A stretch of 64,000 bases of DNA, taken from Spirochaetia bacterium. GTDB taxonomy: Bacteria > Spirochaetota > Spirochaetia > SZUA-6 > Bin103. The DNA lies in the NCBI GenBank assembly GCA_965203905.1, contig CBDBDQ010000005.1, forward strand, positions 6,944,001 to 7,008,000, in the 5' to 3' direction. Below the pieces are notes generated by a model. That model saw nothing but the letters and a program-made list of their open reading frames with translations, was not told the origin of the DNA and ran no database searches. This document shows, one piece after another, positions 1 through 9,902 of this stretch; the stretch's first letter is position 1; each line of letters begins with the position of its first letter. The position numbers and the translations under genes are program-made.

Positions 1-2
1 TG

Positions 3-329
3 GCGCTTCCCCTGGCGAAGCGCTTCGGGGTGGTGATGCTGATCGGCGATGCCCCCAATCCCAGCCAGCAGGTGCTCACCAGCGACGTCATCACGCGCCA
101 GATCTCGATCCGCGGCACTCACAACGAGAACCTGCCGGGCGACCAGGCGGAGTGGTCATCGGAGCGCCAGGTCGAGCTGTTCTACACCTACCTGGTGCGC
201 GGCGTCATGAAGGTGGACGACCTGATCACGGCGCGCCACTCCCCGGCAGAGGCGCCGGCGGTCTACGCCCGGCTGCTGCACGACCGGGCCGCCTCGCTCG
301 GCGTGCTGTTCGACTGGTCGCGCCTGTAG
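3..329 (+). CDS. C-terminal part of a zinc-binding/MDR-family alcohol dehydrogenase-like protein (cut by window start)
   Basis: Open frame from window edge. 'GVVMLIG...ISIRGTH...VDDLITARHSP.EAP.VY..L.......GVLFDW' resembles MDR C-termini; lies next to a sugar oxidoreductase. Confidence 0.65.
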   Translation, partial: ALPLAKRFGVVMLIGDAPNPSQQVLTSDVITRQISIRGTHNENLPGDQAEWSSERQVELFYTYLVRGVMKVDDLITARHSPAEAPAVYARLLHDRAASLGVLFDWSRL

Positions 330-350
330 CGCCCCCCGGCCGGCGCCCGC

Positions 351-1478
351 CTATTGGCGCTTGAAGTCGAGGTGCGCGGCGGGCAACGACTGCGGGCGCA
401 CCAGCTCCCCGCCCAGCTCGTACGACTCGATGGCGGCGAAGGTGTACTCCAGGGTGGCCAGCGCGTCGCGTCCGGAAGCGCGCAGCTCGCTGGTCGGCAC
501 CCCGTTGGTGACGTCCTCGAGGAAGGCGTGAATGCGGCGCGGGAAGGTGGTGCCGAAGTCGGTGATCCCGGTGTTCAGGACCGTCGGCTCCGGCGCGCTG
601 CCCAGGTCGATGGCGGCCGGATCTGCCGCGCCCTCGGCGCCGGGCGCCGGGTAGTGGATCAGCTTCTCCACGCAGTTCTCGATCGCGAACGTGCCGCGGG
701 TGCCGCCCAGCTCGAAGCTCCACCAGCCGCCGTAGCCCATGCGCGCATCGCCGCGCTGGCTGAACAGGTAGCCGACCGCGTCGGAGGCGAAGCGCACGTG
801 AATGCTGTTCAGCGACACCAGCGGATCGCCGGCCGAGCGCCGGAACCCGGGGCGGCCCATGAACGCCTGCACGTGGGTGATGTCGCCGCAGAAGTGGCGC
901 ATGATGGCGAACGGGTGGGACAGGAACGCCTTGACGTGGAAGTAGGGAAAGCCGCGGCTGTTGGCGCCGCCGCCGGGGCCTGAGTAGGTGTACTCGCCGC
1001 CCTGGAACCCCATCCGCATCAGGCAGTAGAGCTGCTCGCCGATCTTGCCGTCACGCACCAGCTCCATGGCCCGGTCGGCGGGATCGCTGAAGTGGTGGTT
1101 CAGGTTGCACCCCAGGTAGAGGCCGCGGCCGGCCGCGAGCTCCACCATCTGGCGCGCCTCCTCCAGGTCGTTCGACAGCGGCTTCTCCACCAGCACGTGC
1201 TTGCCGGCGTCGAGCGCCTGCATGACGGGCTCGAAGTGCCAGCCGCCGTTCTCGTCGCCGCCGGTGCAGACATCGACCACGTCGAGCTCCGGATGCGCGG
1301 CCAGCATGTCGGGCACGCTGCCGTGGATCGCCGCTCCGTACTGCTCCCGCGCCGGCTCGGCGCGCTCCTGCACCGCGTCGCACACCGCCACCAGGGTGGC
1401 GAGATCGTCCTCGTGATGGCACTCGGCGTGCCGCTGTCCGATGCCGGCGTACCCTACTACACCCACGTTGAGAGGCAT
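351..1478 (-). CDS. Gfo/Idh/MocA family oxidoreductase
   Basis: N-terminal VGVVGYAGIG Rossmann motif and GKHVLVEKP motif. Confidence 0.9.
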   Translation of the reverse strand: MPLNVGVVGYAGIGQRHAECHHEDDLATLVAVCDAVQERAEPAREQYGAAIHGSVPDMLAAHPELDVVDVCTGGDENGGWHFEPVMQALDAGKHVLVEKPLSNDLEEARQMVELAAGRGLYLGCNLNHHFSDPADRAMELVRDGKIGEQLYCLMRMGFQGGEYTYSGPGGGANSRGFPYFHVKAFLSHPFAIMRHFCGDITHVQAFMGRPGFRRSAGDPLVSLNSIHVRFASDAVGYLFSQRGDARMGYGGWWSFELGGTRGTFAIENCVEKLIHYPAPGAEGAADPAAIDLGSAPEPTVLNTGITDFGTTFPRRIHAFLEDVTNGVPTSELRASGRDALATLEYTFAAIESYELGGELVRPQSLPAAHLDFKRQ

Positions 1479-1500
1479 GGCCGCAAGGTACTACGGCCGC

Positions 1501-1524
1501 GCGCCGGCGTCGAGATGCAAGCGC
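1501..1524. repeat. 24-bp dispersed intergenic repeat, copy 1
   Basis: GCGCCGGCGTCGAGATGCAAGCGC is identical at 9770-9793. Confidence 0.85.
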
Positions 1525-1553
1525 AGGAGCGGCGGCGGCGACGCCAGGACAGC

Positions 1554-1581
1554 TTGACAGGGCGGACGCCGCACCTATGAT
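1554..1581 (+). promoter_or_regulatory. sigma70-type promoter, probably leaderless
   Basis: TTGACA (1554-1559), 16 nt, TATGAT (1576-1581); GTG start 6 nt downstream. Confidence 0.75.
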
Positions 1582-1587
1582 CGCAGG

Positions 1588-3204
1588 GTGATGGCCGCAC
1601 TCGACACGGTGATCGGCATCGTCGGCAGCCCGGCGTTCCCGGAGATCGAATGGTCGGATGAGCAGCTCGCCAGCCTCAAGGAGCTGGGCTGCACCAAGCT
1701 GCAGCTCAGCATCGCGTGGGCCAGCAAGCCGGCCGGTGAAGTGCTCAACCTGGAAGATCTCGATGCGCGGCAGCGCGGGCTGTGGCGGCACCGCATCGCC
1801 CAGGCCAGGAAATTCGGTCTTGGCACCATCGCCCACTTCGGCATCCCCCGGTGGCTCAATCAGACGCCGGTCAAGCCCGCCTGCATCCTGGATCCCGAGG
1901 TCCGCGACCGATACACCCGCCTGCTGACCGATTTCGCCGCCAGCTTTCCCGAGGTGGACGACATCCTGGTCTACACCTTCGACCAGCAGGCCTGGATCTG
2001 CAGCGATTACGGGCCCTGTCCGCGCTGCAGCGGCATCCCCCTCCACGAGCGGCTGCCGGGCTTTCTCGATCACCTGCAGGAGGTATACGTCAGGGCCAAC
2101 CCGCGGGCGACGCTGTGGTGGAAGCCGTGGGAACTGTCGAAGGGGCAGACCGAGATGATCGCCCGGCGGGTGGCTGCGGAGCACTTCGGCCTGATCCTCA
2201 ACCCCTCCACCAGCAACGAGTGCTACCCGTTCAACGACCGCGCCTTCGGCTCGGACCTGGGGGTCAGGACCCTGACCCGCATCGCCGCCGAGCGCGGCAT
2301 TCCGGTGATCGGCGAGGTCGACCACACCCTCTACAAGGGGCTGTACCAGATCTCCGACTACTTCCCGCGGCTGGTGTACGAGCAGCTCCAGGAGTGGAAA
2401 CGGATCCCCGGGGTGGTGGGCATCAAGGAGTACTTCGGCCTGCCGCCGTCGCAGTTGTCGGTGAACGCCGCGATGCTGGGGGCGTGCCTGCGCTCCCCCG
2501 CAGCCTCGCTGGAACAGCTCCTGGAGCAGGTGGCCGCACCCTTCGGCACGCAGGCGGCCCCCGCCCTGCTCGCCGCCTGGGAGCACGTCGCCGCGGGCGT
2601 CGAGTCGTTCCCCTGGGACATCACCTACCTGATCGGGCCCATGGGGCTGGCCAAGGACCGCGACGGCTCCCACGACTGGGAGCAGATCACCATTCCCAAC
2701 GCCCACTGGGACACGCCGATCTGGGAGAGCAACCGGCGTGCCAACTTCATGCTCACCCATGAGCACAAGGCGCATCCGTGGCTGTTCGAGGACGCCGGGC
2801 TGCGCCTGGGCGCGGCGGCGGACTGCTACGACCAGGCGGCCGCCGCCTACGCCGAGGCGATCGGCCACGCGGCGGCGCTGGCCGGAGAACTGCAGGCGCA
2901 GCGGGACGAATTGAAGGCCACCGCGCGCGCCTTGCGCGGCACCTCGCTGCACTTCCTGGAAACCCTGGCGGCGCACAACGCGCGCATGGTGCAGCACGAT
3001 GCCGAGCAGTGGCGCAAGGTGGTGGGGCGGCTGGAACGGTTGCTGGAGCGGGACGTGGCCAACCAGGGGCACGCGCAGGAGGTGGCCCAGGTGCTCGCCG
3101 CGTTTCGCCGCGACCCGCACGGCTGGCTGGCCACCCACCTGAGTGCCCGCAGCCACGAGCTGATCTGCACCATCGACTGGCGCGCCTGGACCCCTTCCAC
3201 CTGA
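1588..3204 (+). CDS. Uncharacterised 538-aa protein, possible glycoside-hydrolase-like barrel with C-x5-C-x2-C motif; paralog of 6857-8548
   Basis: Long ORF with host-like codons. Shares FPxVDDILxYTxDQxAWxCxxxGPCPRCxGIPLHxR, LWWxPWELS and GIKEYFGL with the paralog. First gene of a sugar ABC operon. Confidence 0.75.
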   Translation: MMAALDTVIGIVGSPAFPEIEWSDEQLASLKELGCTKLQLSIAWASKPAGEVLNLEDLDARQRGLWRHRIAQARKFGLGTIAHFGIPRWLNQTPVKPACILDPEVRDRYTRLLTDFAASFPEVDDILVYTFDQQAWICSDYGPCPRCSGIPLHERLPGFLDHLQEVYVRANPRATLWWKPWELSKGQTEMIARRVAAEHFGLILNPSTSNECYPFNDRAFGSDLGVRTLTRIAAERGIPVIGEVDHTLYKGLYQISDYFPRLVYEQLQEWKRIPGVVGIKEYFGLPPSQLSVNAAMLGACLRSPAASLEQLLEQVAAPFGTQAAPALLAAWEHVAAGVESFPWDITYLIGPMGLAKDRDGSHDWEQITIPNAHWDTPIWESNRRANFMLTHEHKAHPWLFEDAGLRLGAAADCYDQAAAAYAEAIGHAAALAGELQAQRDELKATARALRGTSLHFLETLAAHNARMVQHDAEQWRKVVGRLERLLERDVANQGHAQEVAQVLAAFRRDPHGWLATHLSARSHELICTIDWRAWTPST

Positions 3205-3205
3205 C

Positions 3206-4180
3206 ATGGCCCTGCGGTTCGGCTCGACAGCCTCGACCCCGGCCGTGGAGGGACACCTGGTAACCCGGCAACCCCGGCGGCTGTGGCGCAAAATGGTGCG
3301 GCTGCGGGCGCTGTACGCCATGGCGCTGCCGGTGCTGGCGTGTTTCGTGGTGCTCAAGTACTGGCCGATGCTGCTGCAGTTCGTGGTGGCGCTGAAGGAC
3401 TATCAGCTCGGCCGCGGGATATTCGGCAGCCGGTGGGTGGGCCTGCGCAACTTCGTGCAGGTGTTCAACACCACCGACTTCCTGGAGGTGCTCGGCAATA
3501 CCGTCGAGATCAGCCTGCTGCGCCTGGTATTCGGCTTCTTTCCACCCCTCATCCTGGCGATCCTGCTGCACGACCTGTGGTCGAAGCGGTTTCGCAGGGT
3601 CGCTCAGACCCTGATCTACATTCCCCACTTCTTTTCCTGGGTGATCATCTACGGGCTGGCGTACTCGATCTTCGCTCCCGGCTCCGGCATGATCAACAAG
3701 CTGCTGGTCTCCCTGGGCGGTCAGCGCATCGATTTTCTCACCTCCCCGCTCTGGTTCCGGCCGCTGATCATCGGCACGGCGCTGTTCAAGGAGCTGGGCT
3801 GGGGGACGATCATCTATCTCGCCGCGTTGAGCTCGATCGATCCGCAGCTCTACGAGGCGGCGGCCATCGACGGCGCCGGGCCGATCAAGCGGCTGATCCA
3901 CATCACCATTCCCTCCATTCAGGACGTGATCATCTTCCTGCTGATGATCGCGCTCGGGTTCATTCTCCACGCCGGGGGCGAGCAGATTCTGCTGTTCCTG
4001 TCGGGCCCCACCATGCGGGTGGGAGACATCATCGACACCTGGGTCTATCGCCACGGGTTGGTGAACATGGAGTTCAGCTTCGCCACCGCGGTGGGCCTGT
4101 TCCAGTCGCTCTTCGGCATGGTGCTGATCATCGCGGCCAACCACCTGGCGCGGCGTTACGCCGGCCGCGGGCTGTGGTAG
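3206..4180 (+). CDS. Carbohydrate ABC transporter permease (LplB-like)
   Basis: WVGLRNF, YIPHFFSWV and EAA loop LYEAAAIDGA. Confidence 0.92.
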   Translation: MALRFGSTASTPAVEGHLVTRQPRRLWRKMVRLRALYAMALPVLACFVVLKYWPMLLQFVVALKDYQLGRGIFGSRWVGLRNFVQVFNTTDFLEVLGNTVEISLLRLVFGFFPPLILAILLHDLWSKRFRRVAQTLIYIPHFFSWVIIYGLAYSIFAPGSGMINKLLVSLGGQRIDFLTSPLWFRPLIIGTALFKELGWGTIIYLAALSSIDPQLYEAAAIDGAGPIKRLIHITIPSIQDVIIFLLMIALGFILHAGGEQILLFLSGPTMRVGDIIDTWVYRHGLVNMEFSFATAVGLFQSLFGMVLIIAANHLARRYAGRGLW

Positions 4181-4188
4181 ACGGGTAG

Positions 4189-5085
4189 ATGGCGGTCCAT
4201 TCGCTGGGTGAGCGCAGCTACCAGTTCATCGCCGCCACCATCATCCTGGCGTGTACCGTGGTGATGGTGTTCCCGCTGATCTGGGTGGTCAGCATGTCGG
4301 TCACCAGCCAGCACGAGCTGATGCGCCGCGGCGGCTTCGTGATCATCCCCCACCGGCCCACCTTCTACGGTTACGAATTGCTGTGGAACCGCTCCTCCAT
4401 CGTGCTGCAGGCATTCCTGGTGAGCGTGACGCGCACGCTGGTGGGCACCCTGCTGTGCCTGGTGGTGACCACCGTGGGCGCCTACGTGGCGGCGCGGCCG
4501 GAGCTGCCGGGCCGGAAGCTGTTCATCGTCCTGATCCTGATCACCATCATCTTCCCGGGAGGCATGATCCCCACCTTTCTGGTGGTGCGGCGGCTGGGCA
4601 TGCTGAACAGCATCTGGGCGCTGATCGTCCCGATGATGGTGAATGGCTGGGCGCTGCTGATCATCAAGCAGTTCATGCAGAACATCCCCGGTGAGATCAA
4701 CGACTCCGCGTTCATGGACGGGGCCGGCGAATGGACGGTGCTGGTGCGCATCAGCGTGCCGATGGCGGCGCCGGCGCTGGCGGCCATCGGCCTGTTTACC
4801 GCCGTCGGGCACTGGAACGCCTGGTTCGACGCCCTGATCTACGTCGACGAGGCGCTCCTGTACCCGCTGCAACTGGTGCTGCGCAACGTGATCAACGGCG
4901 TGTTGAGCCTGCAGTCGGGGCTCGCCCAGGAGGACCTGGCGGCGATTCCGGAGGCGGTGCGCCTGGACGCCGACTCGGTGAAGATGTCGGTCATCGTGGT
5001 GACCACGCTGCCGATCCTGTGTGTCTACCCGTTCCTGCAGAAGTACTTCACCAAGGGGATGTACCTCGGCGCCGTGAAGGGCTAG
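4189..5085 (+). CDS. Carbohydrate ABC transporter permease (LplC-like)
   Basis: GGMIPTFL, DSAFMDGA, HWNAWF and YPFLQKYFTKG..GAVKG. Confidence 0.92.
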   Translation: MAVHSLGERSYQFIAATIILACTVVMVFPLIWVVSMSVTSQHELMRRGGFVIIPHRPTFYGYELLWNRSSIVLQAFLVSVTRTLVGTLLCLVVTTVGAYVAARPELPGRKLFIVLILITIIFPGGMIPTFLVVRRLGMLNSIWALIVPMMVNGWALLIIKQFMQNIPGEINDSAFMDGAGEWTVLVRISVPMAAPALAAIGLFTAVGHWNAWFDALIYVDEALLYPLQLVLRNVINGVLSLQSGLAQEDLAAIPEAVRLDADSVKMSVIVVTTLPILCVYPFLQKYFTKGMYLGAVKG

Positions 5086-5109
5086 TATGGCGGGTTGAGG
5101 AGTGAACAC

Positions 5110-6804
5110 ATGAAATCACTGTGGATGGCGTGCATCGCCATGGTGGCAACGACCGGCACCGCGGCGTTTGCCGGCGGCACGGCGGAGTCGGCCGCGCCGG
5201 AGTCGGCTGCGGGCGCGGAGGTCGCACCGGTGGCGGAGGCGGCGTGGATTCCCTCGCCCAGCGCCATCACCCCGGCGGCGGCGGATGCCTACGCCTACGA
5301 CGACCTGAGCCAGCACGTGGATATCGAGTTCTGGTCGGTGGGCTGGCTGGCGCAGCCGGTTCCCGAGGATGACCCGATCAGCAAGATGTTCGAGGAAGAG
5401 CTCAACATCACCCTCACGGTCCAGTTCCTGAGCAACCCGGACCTGATCAGCAAGCTCACCTTGCGCGCCGCGGCGGACGATGTTCCGGACCTGCTGTTCA
5501 ACTCCGGCGACAAGGCCAACGTGCAGAAACTGGTCGACCAGGGGTTCTTTCTCACCGACTACGACCCGATTCTCGACCTTTACGGCCCCACGTTGAAGCA
5601 GTCGATCGGCAGCTTCGCGCGCATCTCGGTGACCAAGGACGGGGTGCTGCAGTTCATCCCCAAGGGTCCGGAGAACGCCGACGACATCTGGTATTACTGC
5701 ATCCGCAAGGACTGGCTGGCCAACCTTGGTCTGGAGATGCCCACCAACGACCGCGAGTTCCTGGAGGTGCTGAAGCAGTTCACCTTCAACGATCCCGACG
5801 GCAACGGCAAGGACGACACCTGGGGCACCACCTCCAACGGCAGCAAGACCGGCCCCGGCCGGGCGATGACCATGTTCGCCGTGCTGTTCGGCAACAATAC
5901 CAAGTTCGGGCTGGAGGATGGCGCGGTGAGCCATCCGATGGTGAACGGGGCGCAGCGCGAGATGCTGCAGTACGTCAAGGAGATCGTCGACGCCCAGGTG
6001 ATCGACCCCGACTGGTACACCCAGGACTGGAACCAGCAGAAGAACAACCTGCTCACCGGCAGGATCGGCGCGGTGGTGTATCCGATCACGGCGCTCATCG
6101 CCGAATCGGAGGCGGCCAACGGCAACGACGGATCCACGCTCGACTGGTGGACCTGGGTGCCGCTGATGAATGCCGTCGGGGCGACCGGCGACGCGGGGCG
6201 CGAGCGGATGTGGTGGACCTATCCCGGCGCCTACTGGGCGATCTCGACCAAGGCGGGTGACGACGAGGTGAAGCTGAAGCGGGTCATGCACTTCCTCGAC
6301 TACATGCAGTACCCGAATCGCGGCTACTACATCACCGAGGGCGGCTACGGGGTGTTCGAAGGGTACGACTTCCACGGCACCCCGGGTGAGCGCTGGACCC
6401 TCGAAGAGGGCAGCGTCGACCCGCGCCGCGAGAACCCGGGCTGGACCGCGCTGTACGACTGGCGGCGCAACAACACGGTGGGCAGCCTGTACAACGCTAC
6501 CCCGGTTCCGACCTTCGCGGACGAGCTCGCGGAGCGCACCCACGACCTGCGCCAGGAGATGCAGGCCGCGGCCAACGCCGACGCCGCCAACTTCTTCGAG
6601 CGCACCGACCTGCTGCTCAACCTGGATCCCAAGACGGTCACCAACCTCAAGGACCTGGAGCGGCGCAACGAGATCCTGTTCGTGACCGGACAGCGCAGCT
6701 TCGATGAGTGGGATGACTACGTGGCGGAGTGGCGCCGGGGCGGCGGCGACGCCCTGCTGGCGGAAGCGGAGAGCCAGTACCGCGCCCTCGGCATGATTGA
6801 TTAG
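5110..6804 (+). CDS. Extracellular solute-binding protein (LplA-like, family 1)
   Basis: GAGGAG RBS, signal peptide, IRKDWL..LGLEMP and DPDGNGKDDTWG motifs; C-terminal EWDDYV.EW...GG. Confidence 0.9.
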   Translation: MKSLWMACIAMVATTGTAAFAGGTAESAAPESAAGAEVAPVAEAAWIPSPSAITPAAADAYAYDDLSQHVDIEFWSVGWLAQPVPEDDPISKMFEEELNITLTVQFLSNPDLISKLTLRAAADDVPDLLFNSGDKANVQKLVDQGFFLTDYDPILDLYGPTLKQSIGSFARISVTKDGVLQFIPKGPENADDIWYYCIRKDWLANLGLEMPTNDREFLEVLKQFTFNDPDGNGKDDTWGTTSNGSKTGPGRAMTMFAVLFGNNTKFGLEDGAVSHPMVNGAQREMLQYVKEIVDAQVIDPDWYTQDWNQQKNNLLTGRIGAVVYPITALIAESEAANGNDGSTLDWWTWVPLMNAVGATGDAGRERMWWTYPGAYWAISTKAGDDEVKLKRVMHFLDYMQYPNRGYYITEGGYGVFEGYDFHGTPGERWTLEEGSVDPRRENPGWTALYDWRRNNTVGSLYNATPVPTFADELAERTHDLRQEMQAAANADAANFFERTDLLLNLDPKTVTNLKDLERRNEILFVTGQRSFDEWDDYVAEWRRGGGDALLAEAESQYRALGMID

Positions 6805-6856
6805 CAGCCTCAGGCAGGGGCACCCGTTGGCATCGTCCCGCAGGGCCGCGCAACGG

Positions 6857-8548
6857 GTGGCCCAACCATCCGCCGGGAACGGCAGCTCGGCGGCGGCGTT
6901 CGCCTACCGCGTCGGCTTCCTGGGGTGCCCACCCCGGCCCGGGGTGGAGTGGAGCGAGGCGAACATCGCGCGCCTCGGGGAGCTGGGGTTCAATACCCTG
7001 CAGTTGAACATCGCCTGGGGCTACCGCCCCGGTGGCGAGGCACTCAACCTGGAAGATGTGATCGACGTGCCGCCGCGCCTCGCCGGGGCGGTGCCGATGC
7101 TCGGAGATCAGTCCCCCGAGCGGCGCAGACGGCGGCGCCGCGACCTGCAGCAGCGGGCGCGCCGCGCCCACGCCGCCGGCATGCGCACCCTGTTCCACTT
7201 CGGTGCGCCCTACGTGGGGGACCAGTACATCCACGATGCGCCGCCGAACTGCCTGCTGGACGGCAAGACCAGGGAGCGCTGCCGCTACCTGCTGGAGCGG
7301 TTCGGGCGCGAGTTTCCCGCGGTGGACGACATCCTGATCTACACCTACGACCAGCACGCCTGGTTGTGCAACGAGTTCGGCCCCTGCCCGCGCTGCACCG
7401 GCATCCCGCTGCACGACCGGGTGGTGCCGTTCCTGGAGGAGATGGGGCGGGTGTGGCGTGGCAGCCATCCCGGCGGGCGGCTGTGGTGGGAGCCGTGGGA
7501 GCTGTCGGCCGGCCAGGTGCAGCGCTGCATCGAACGCATCGATGCGCGGGGGTTCGGACTGGCGCTGCACTGCACGGTGGCGGAGGTGATCGCCACCCAG
7601 CCCACCGACCGCTGGCTCAGGAACTGCTGCCGGCTGGCCGCGCGGCGCGACATACCGGTGATGGTGGAGTACTGGCTGGGCGGCCCCAGCGAGGAGTTGG
7701 AGCCGTATCTGCACCTGGCGTATCCCCTGGTGACCCTGCGCGGCCTGCAGGCCATCGCCGGCGTGGCGGGCGCGGTGGGGATCAAGGAGTACTTCGGGCT
7801 GATCCCGGACCGGGAGGACCCCAACCTGCGGATGACCGGGCTGTTCCTCGCCGATCCCGACGTGGACGAGGGGGAGGCGCTGGCGCGGCTGGCCGCACCC
7901 TACGGGCCGGCGGCGCGGGGGATGATCGCCTTCTGGGAGCACAGCAGCGCCGCCATCGAACTGTTCCCCTGGGACACCTCGTGGCTGATCCGCGAGATCG
8001 GCAGGAGCGACCCGGTGCACGCCATGACCGCGGCGTGCATCCACGGGGTGCCGTGGCACACCCCGAGCTGGGCGTCGACGCGGCGTGCCGTCTACATGCA
8101 GGTGGACCCCGGCGAGGTGGACCCGTGGATGCTGGAGGACGTGCAGTTGCGCTGCGAGCTGGCGGCGCAGCGGATGGCAGCGGCGCTGGCGGTGGCGGCG
8201 GAGATCGGCGCCGAAGTGCCGGCTGCCCTCGCGTCGGACTTTGCCGGTAACGTCGCCGAGCTACGGGAGCTGCGCCGGCGCACCGTTGCCTACGCGCTGC
8301 ACCTGCGGGAGACCAACCTGGTGACGACGATGCGCGTGTGCCGGGCCCAGGGCCGGGAAATTCCGCAGCGCACCCTGGCCGAGCTGCAGGAGGTGCTGAC
8401 GGCCGACCGCGAGAACCAGGGACAACCGGAGCCGGTGGGCGGTGCGCTGCGCTTGCTCGCCGAGGACGTGGACGCGTTTCTGAGCACCTACTTCACCGTC
8501 GTCCCCGACCGCCACTCGAAGGGCAACTTCAGCCTGACTTCCCGCTAG
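6857..8548 (+). CDS. Uncharacterised protein, paralog of 1588-3204 (start uncertain; TTG 6797 possible)
   Basis: Shares motifs WLCNEFGPCPRCTGIPLHDR, LWWEPWELS, GIKEYFGL and FPWD with the paralog. Confidence 0.75.
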   Translation: MAQPSAGNGSSAAAFAYRVGFLGCPPRPGVEWSEANIARLGELGFNTLQLNIAWGYRPGGEALNLEDVIDVPPRLAGAVPMLGDQSPERRRRRRRDLQQRARRAHAAGMRTLFHFGAPYVGDQYIHDAPPNCLLDGKTRERCRYLLERFGREFPAVDDILIYTYDQHAWLCNEFGPCPRCTGIPLHDRVVPFLEEMGRVWRGSHPGGRLWWEPWELSAGQVQRCIERIDARGFGLALHCTVAEVIATQPTDRWLRNCCRLAARRDIPVMVEYWLGGPSEELEPYLHLAYPLVTLRGLQAIAGVAGAVGIKEYFGLIPDREDPNLRMTGLFLADPDVDEGEALARLAAPYGPAARGMIAFWEHSSAAIELFPWDTSWLIREIGRSDPVHAMTAACIHGVPWHTPSWASTRRAVYMQVDPGEVDPWMLEDVQLRCELAAQRMAAALAVAAEIGAEVPAALASDFAGNVAELRELRRRTVAYALHLRETNLVTTMRVCRAQGREIPQRTLAELQEVLTADRENQGQPEPVGGALRLLAEDVDAFLSTYFTVVPDRHSKGNFSLTSR

Positions 8549-8748
8549 TCTGCAACGCCGAGTTCGGGGGTTGACCCATCTACGGGTTGGGCGACTCTCG
8601 CTGCCGCGACGAACCGATCCCGATATCGTTTCTGTAATTCGATGTAGTAAGCCACCAGCCGAGCGGGCTCATGATCAACGCGCGCTGAGATGCTGTGGCG
8701 CACCTCGCGGATTTCGTCGATCACCGGATCAGCCTGACTCTGTTTCAT
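8545..8748 (-). CDS. Small protein downstream of the PIN gene; putative antitoxin/partner
   Basis: DPVIDEIREVRHSISA motif typical of small ORFs following this PIN subfamily; GGAGG RBS; overlaps the PIN stop. Confidence 0.6.
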   Translation of the reverse strand: MKQSQADPVIDEIREVRHSISARVDHEPARLVAYYIELQKRYRDRFVAAARVAQPVDGSTPELGVAD

Positions 8749-9223
8749 CTCTGCCTCCAAGCAGTTCCAAGGGCGTCACCAATGCCGGCACGAATAACCC
8801 GATCAGTACGTTTACGCGACGAATATGACCGAATTTGTTCGCGTTCGCCAAGTGCCGGCAGTTCCAAGTCACCAGGAAGTCGCATCTGTGAAAGGATGCC
8901 AGTGCCAAGTGCAGCGCATCACCACCCGGATCGGCGGGCATCACCTTGTGCCGGATGTACGTCTGCACGATCTCGCCGATGGCCGGCTCAACGGGCACTA
9001 GCGGCAGGTCATGAACGAGAGCATGCCGTTGCGCACTGCGCTCTGGTATACCACCAACCAGCTCGTCCAATACAGCCGCGCTGGTGACCAGTTCGTATCG
9101 CTCAGAGGCGTCGTCCCACCACAGCCGCGTCCACTTCCGTCGTGCGACGATTTCAGGAGATGTGCGCCTTTCCGCGTAGAAGCTGGGAATCGTAGTCTCA
9201 ACGTATACGCGTGGTTTGCTCAC
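8729..9223 (-). CDS. PIN-domain (VapC-like) protein
   Basis: VYVETTIPS, DALHLALA and DFLVTWNCRHLAN motifs. GTG 9223 lies 6 nt after TATTGT; ATG 9229 is an alternative start. Confidence 0.88.
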   Translation of the reverse strand: MSKPRVYVETTIPSFYAERRTSPEIVARRKWTRLWWDDASERYELVTSAAVLDELVGGIPERSAQRHALVHDLPLVPVEPAIGEIVQTYIRHKVMPADPGGDALHLALASFHRCDFLVTWNCRHLANANKFGHIRRVNVLIGLFVPALVTPLELLGGRDETESG

Positions 9224-9413
9224 GGCCATACAATACCTGACAACAACACCTCTCGTCGTCCCCGGTTGGAAAAAGCTGACGCACCGCCTTGGCCAGAGCG
9301 ATCAAGGGGCCAGCATCGCTTTATGACACGAACCACGGTGAGATATCGCCGATTTCGTTGCAGTGGTTTGGCGCGCCCCCGTTTCGGTCAGCAGCGCGAC
9401 GAATCGACACGGG

Positions 9414-9749
9414 AGACTGCGAGCGTCGGCCTTGAGCCTCCTGAACGACGGCGCGACATGGATCCTGCTCTCGGCAGCTTCATCGTGGGAGATTGCGATC
9501 AAGTACTCCACAGAGAAGCTCGACCTTCCCCAGCATCCCGACGAGTTCATTCTCGTTCGCCTGCGCCGCGATCGGATCGAGGCGCTTGCCATCGAGCACT
9601 CCCACGCGTTGAACACCGCAGCGCTGCCCTATCACCATCGCGATCCGTTTGACAGGCTTCTCGTCGCTCAGGCGATGGTCCTGGACATCCCCATCATGAC
9701 CGCCGATCCCGCCTTCGACCCCTACGAGATCGAAGTGATCCCCAGTTAG
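9414..9749 (+). pseudogene. 5'-truncated PIN/VapC toxin
   Basis: LSAASSWEIAIK, LPYHHRDPFDRLLVAQA and IMTAD motifs present. The N-terminal LLLDT motif and an upstream antitoxin are absent. Confidence 0.7.
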
Positions 9750-9769
9750 GACGCCGCCGGAGCCGCTCA

Positions 9770-9793
9770 GCGCCGGCGTCGAGATGCAAGCGC
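9770..9793. repeat. 24-bp dispersed intergenic repeat, copy 2
   Basis: Identical to 1501-1524. Confidence 0.85.
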
Positions 9794-9902
9794 CAGCGAC
9801 GGGAGCCCGTTGTAATTGGCAGCGGCAGCACGGTCGCTCGCGGTACCCGACGCCACGCCGTGCGGCGCGACTGGTGGTATAGTGATGTGCAACGCGCGGC
9901 CG

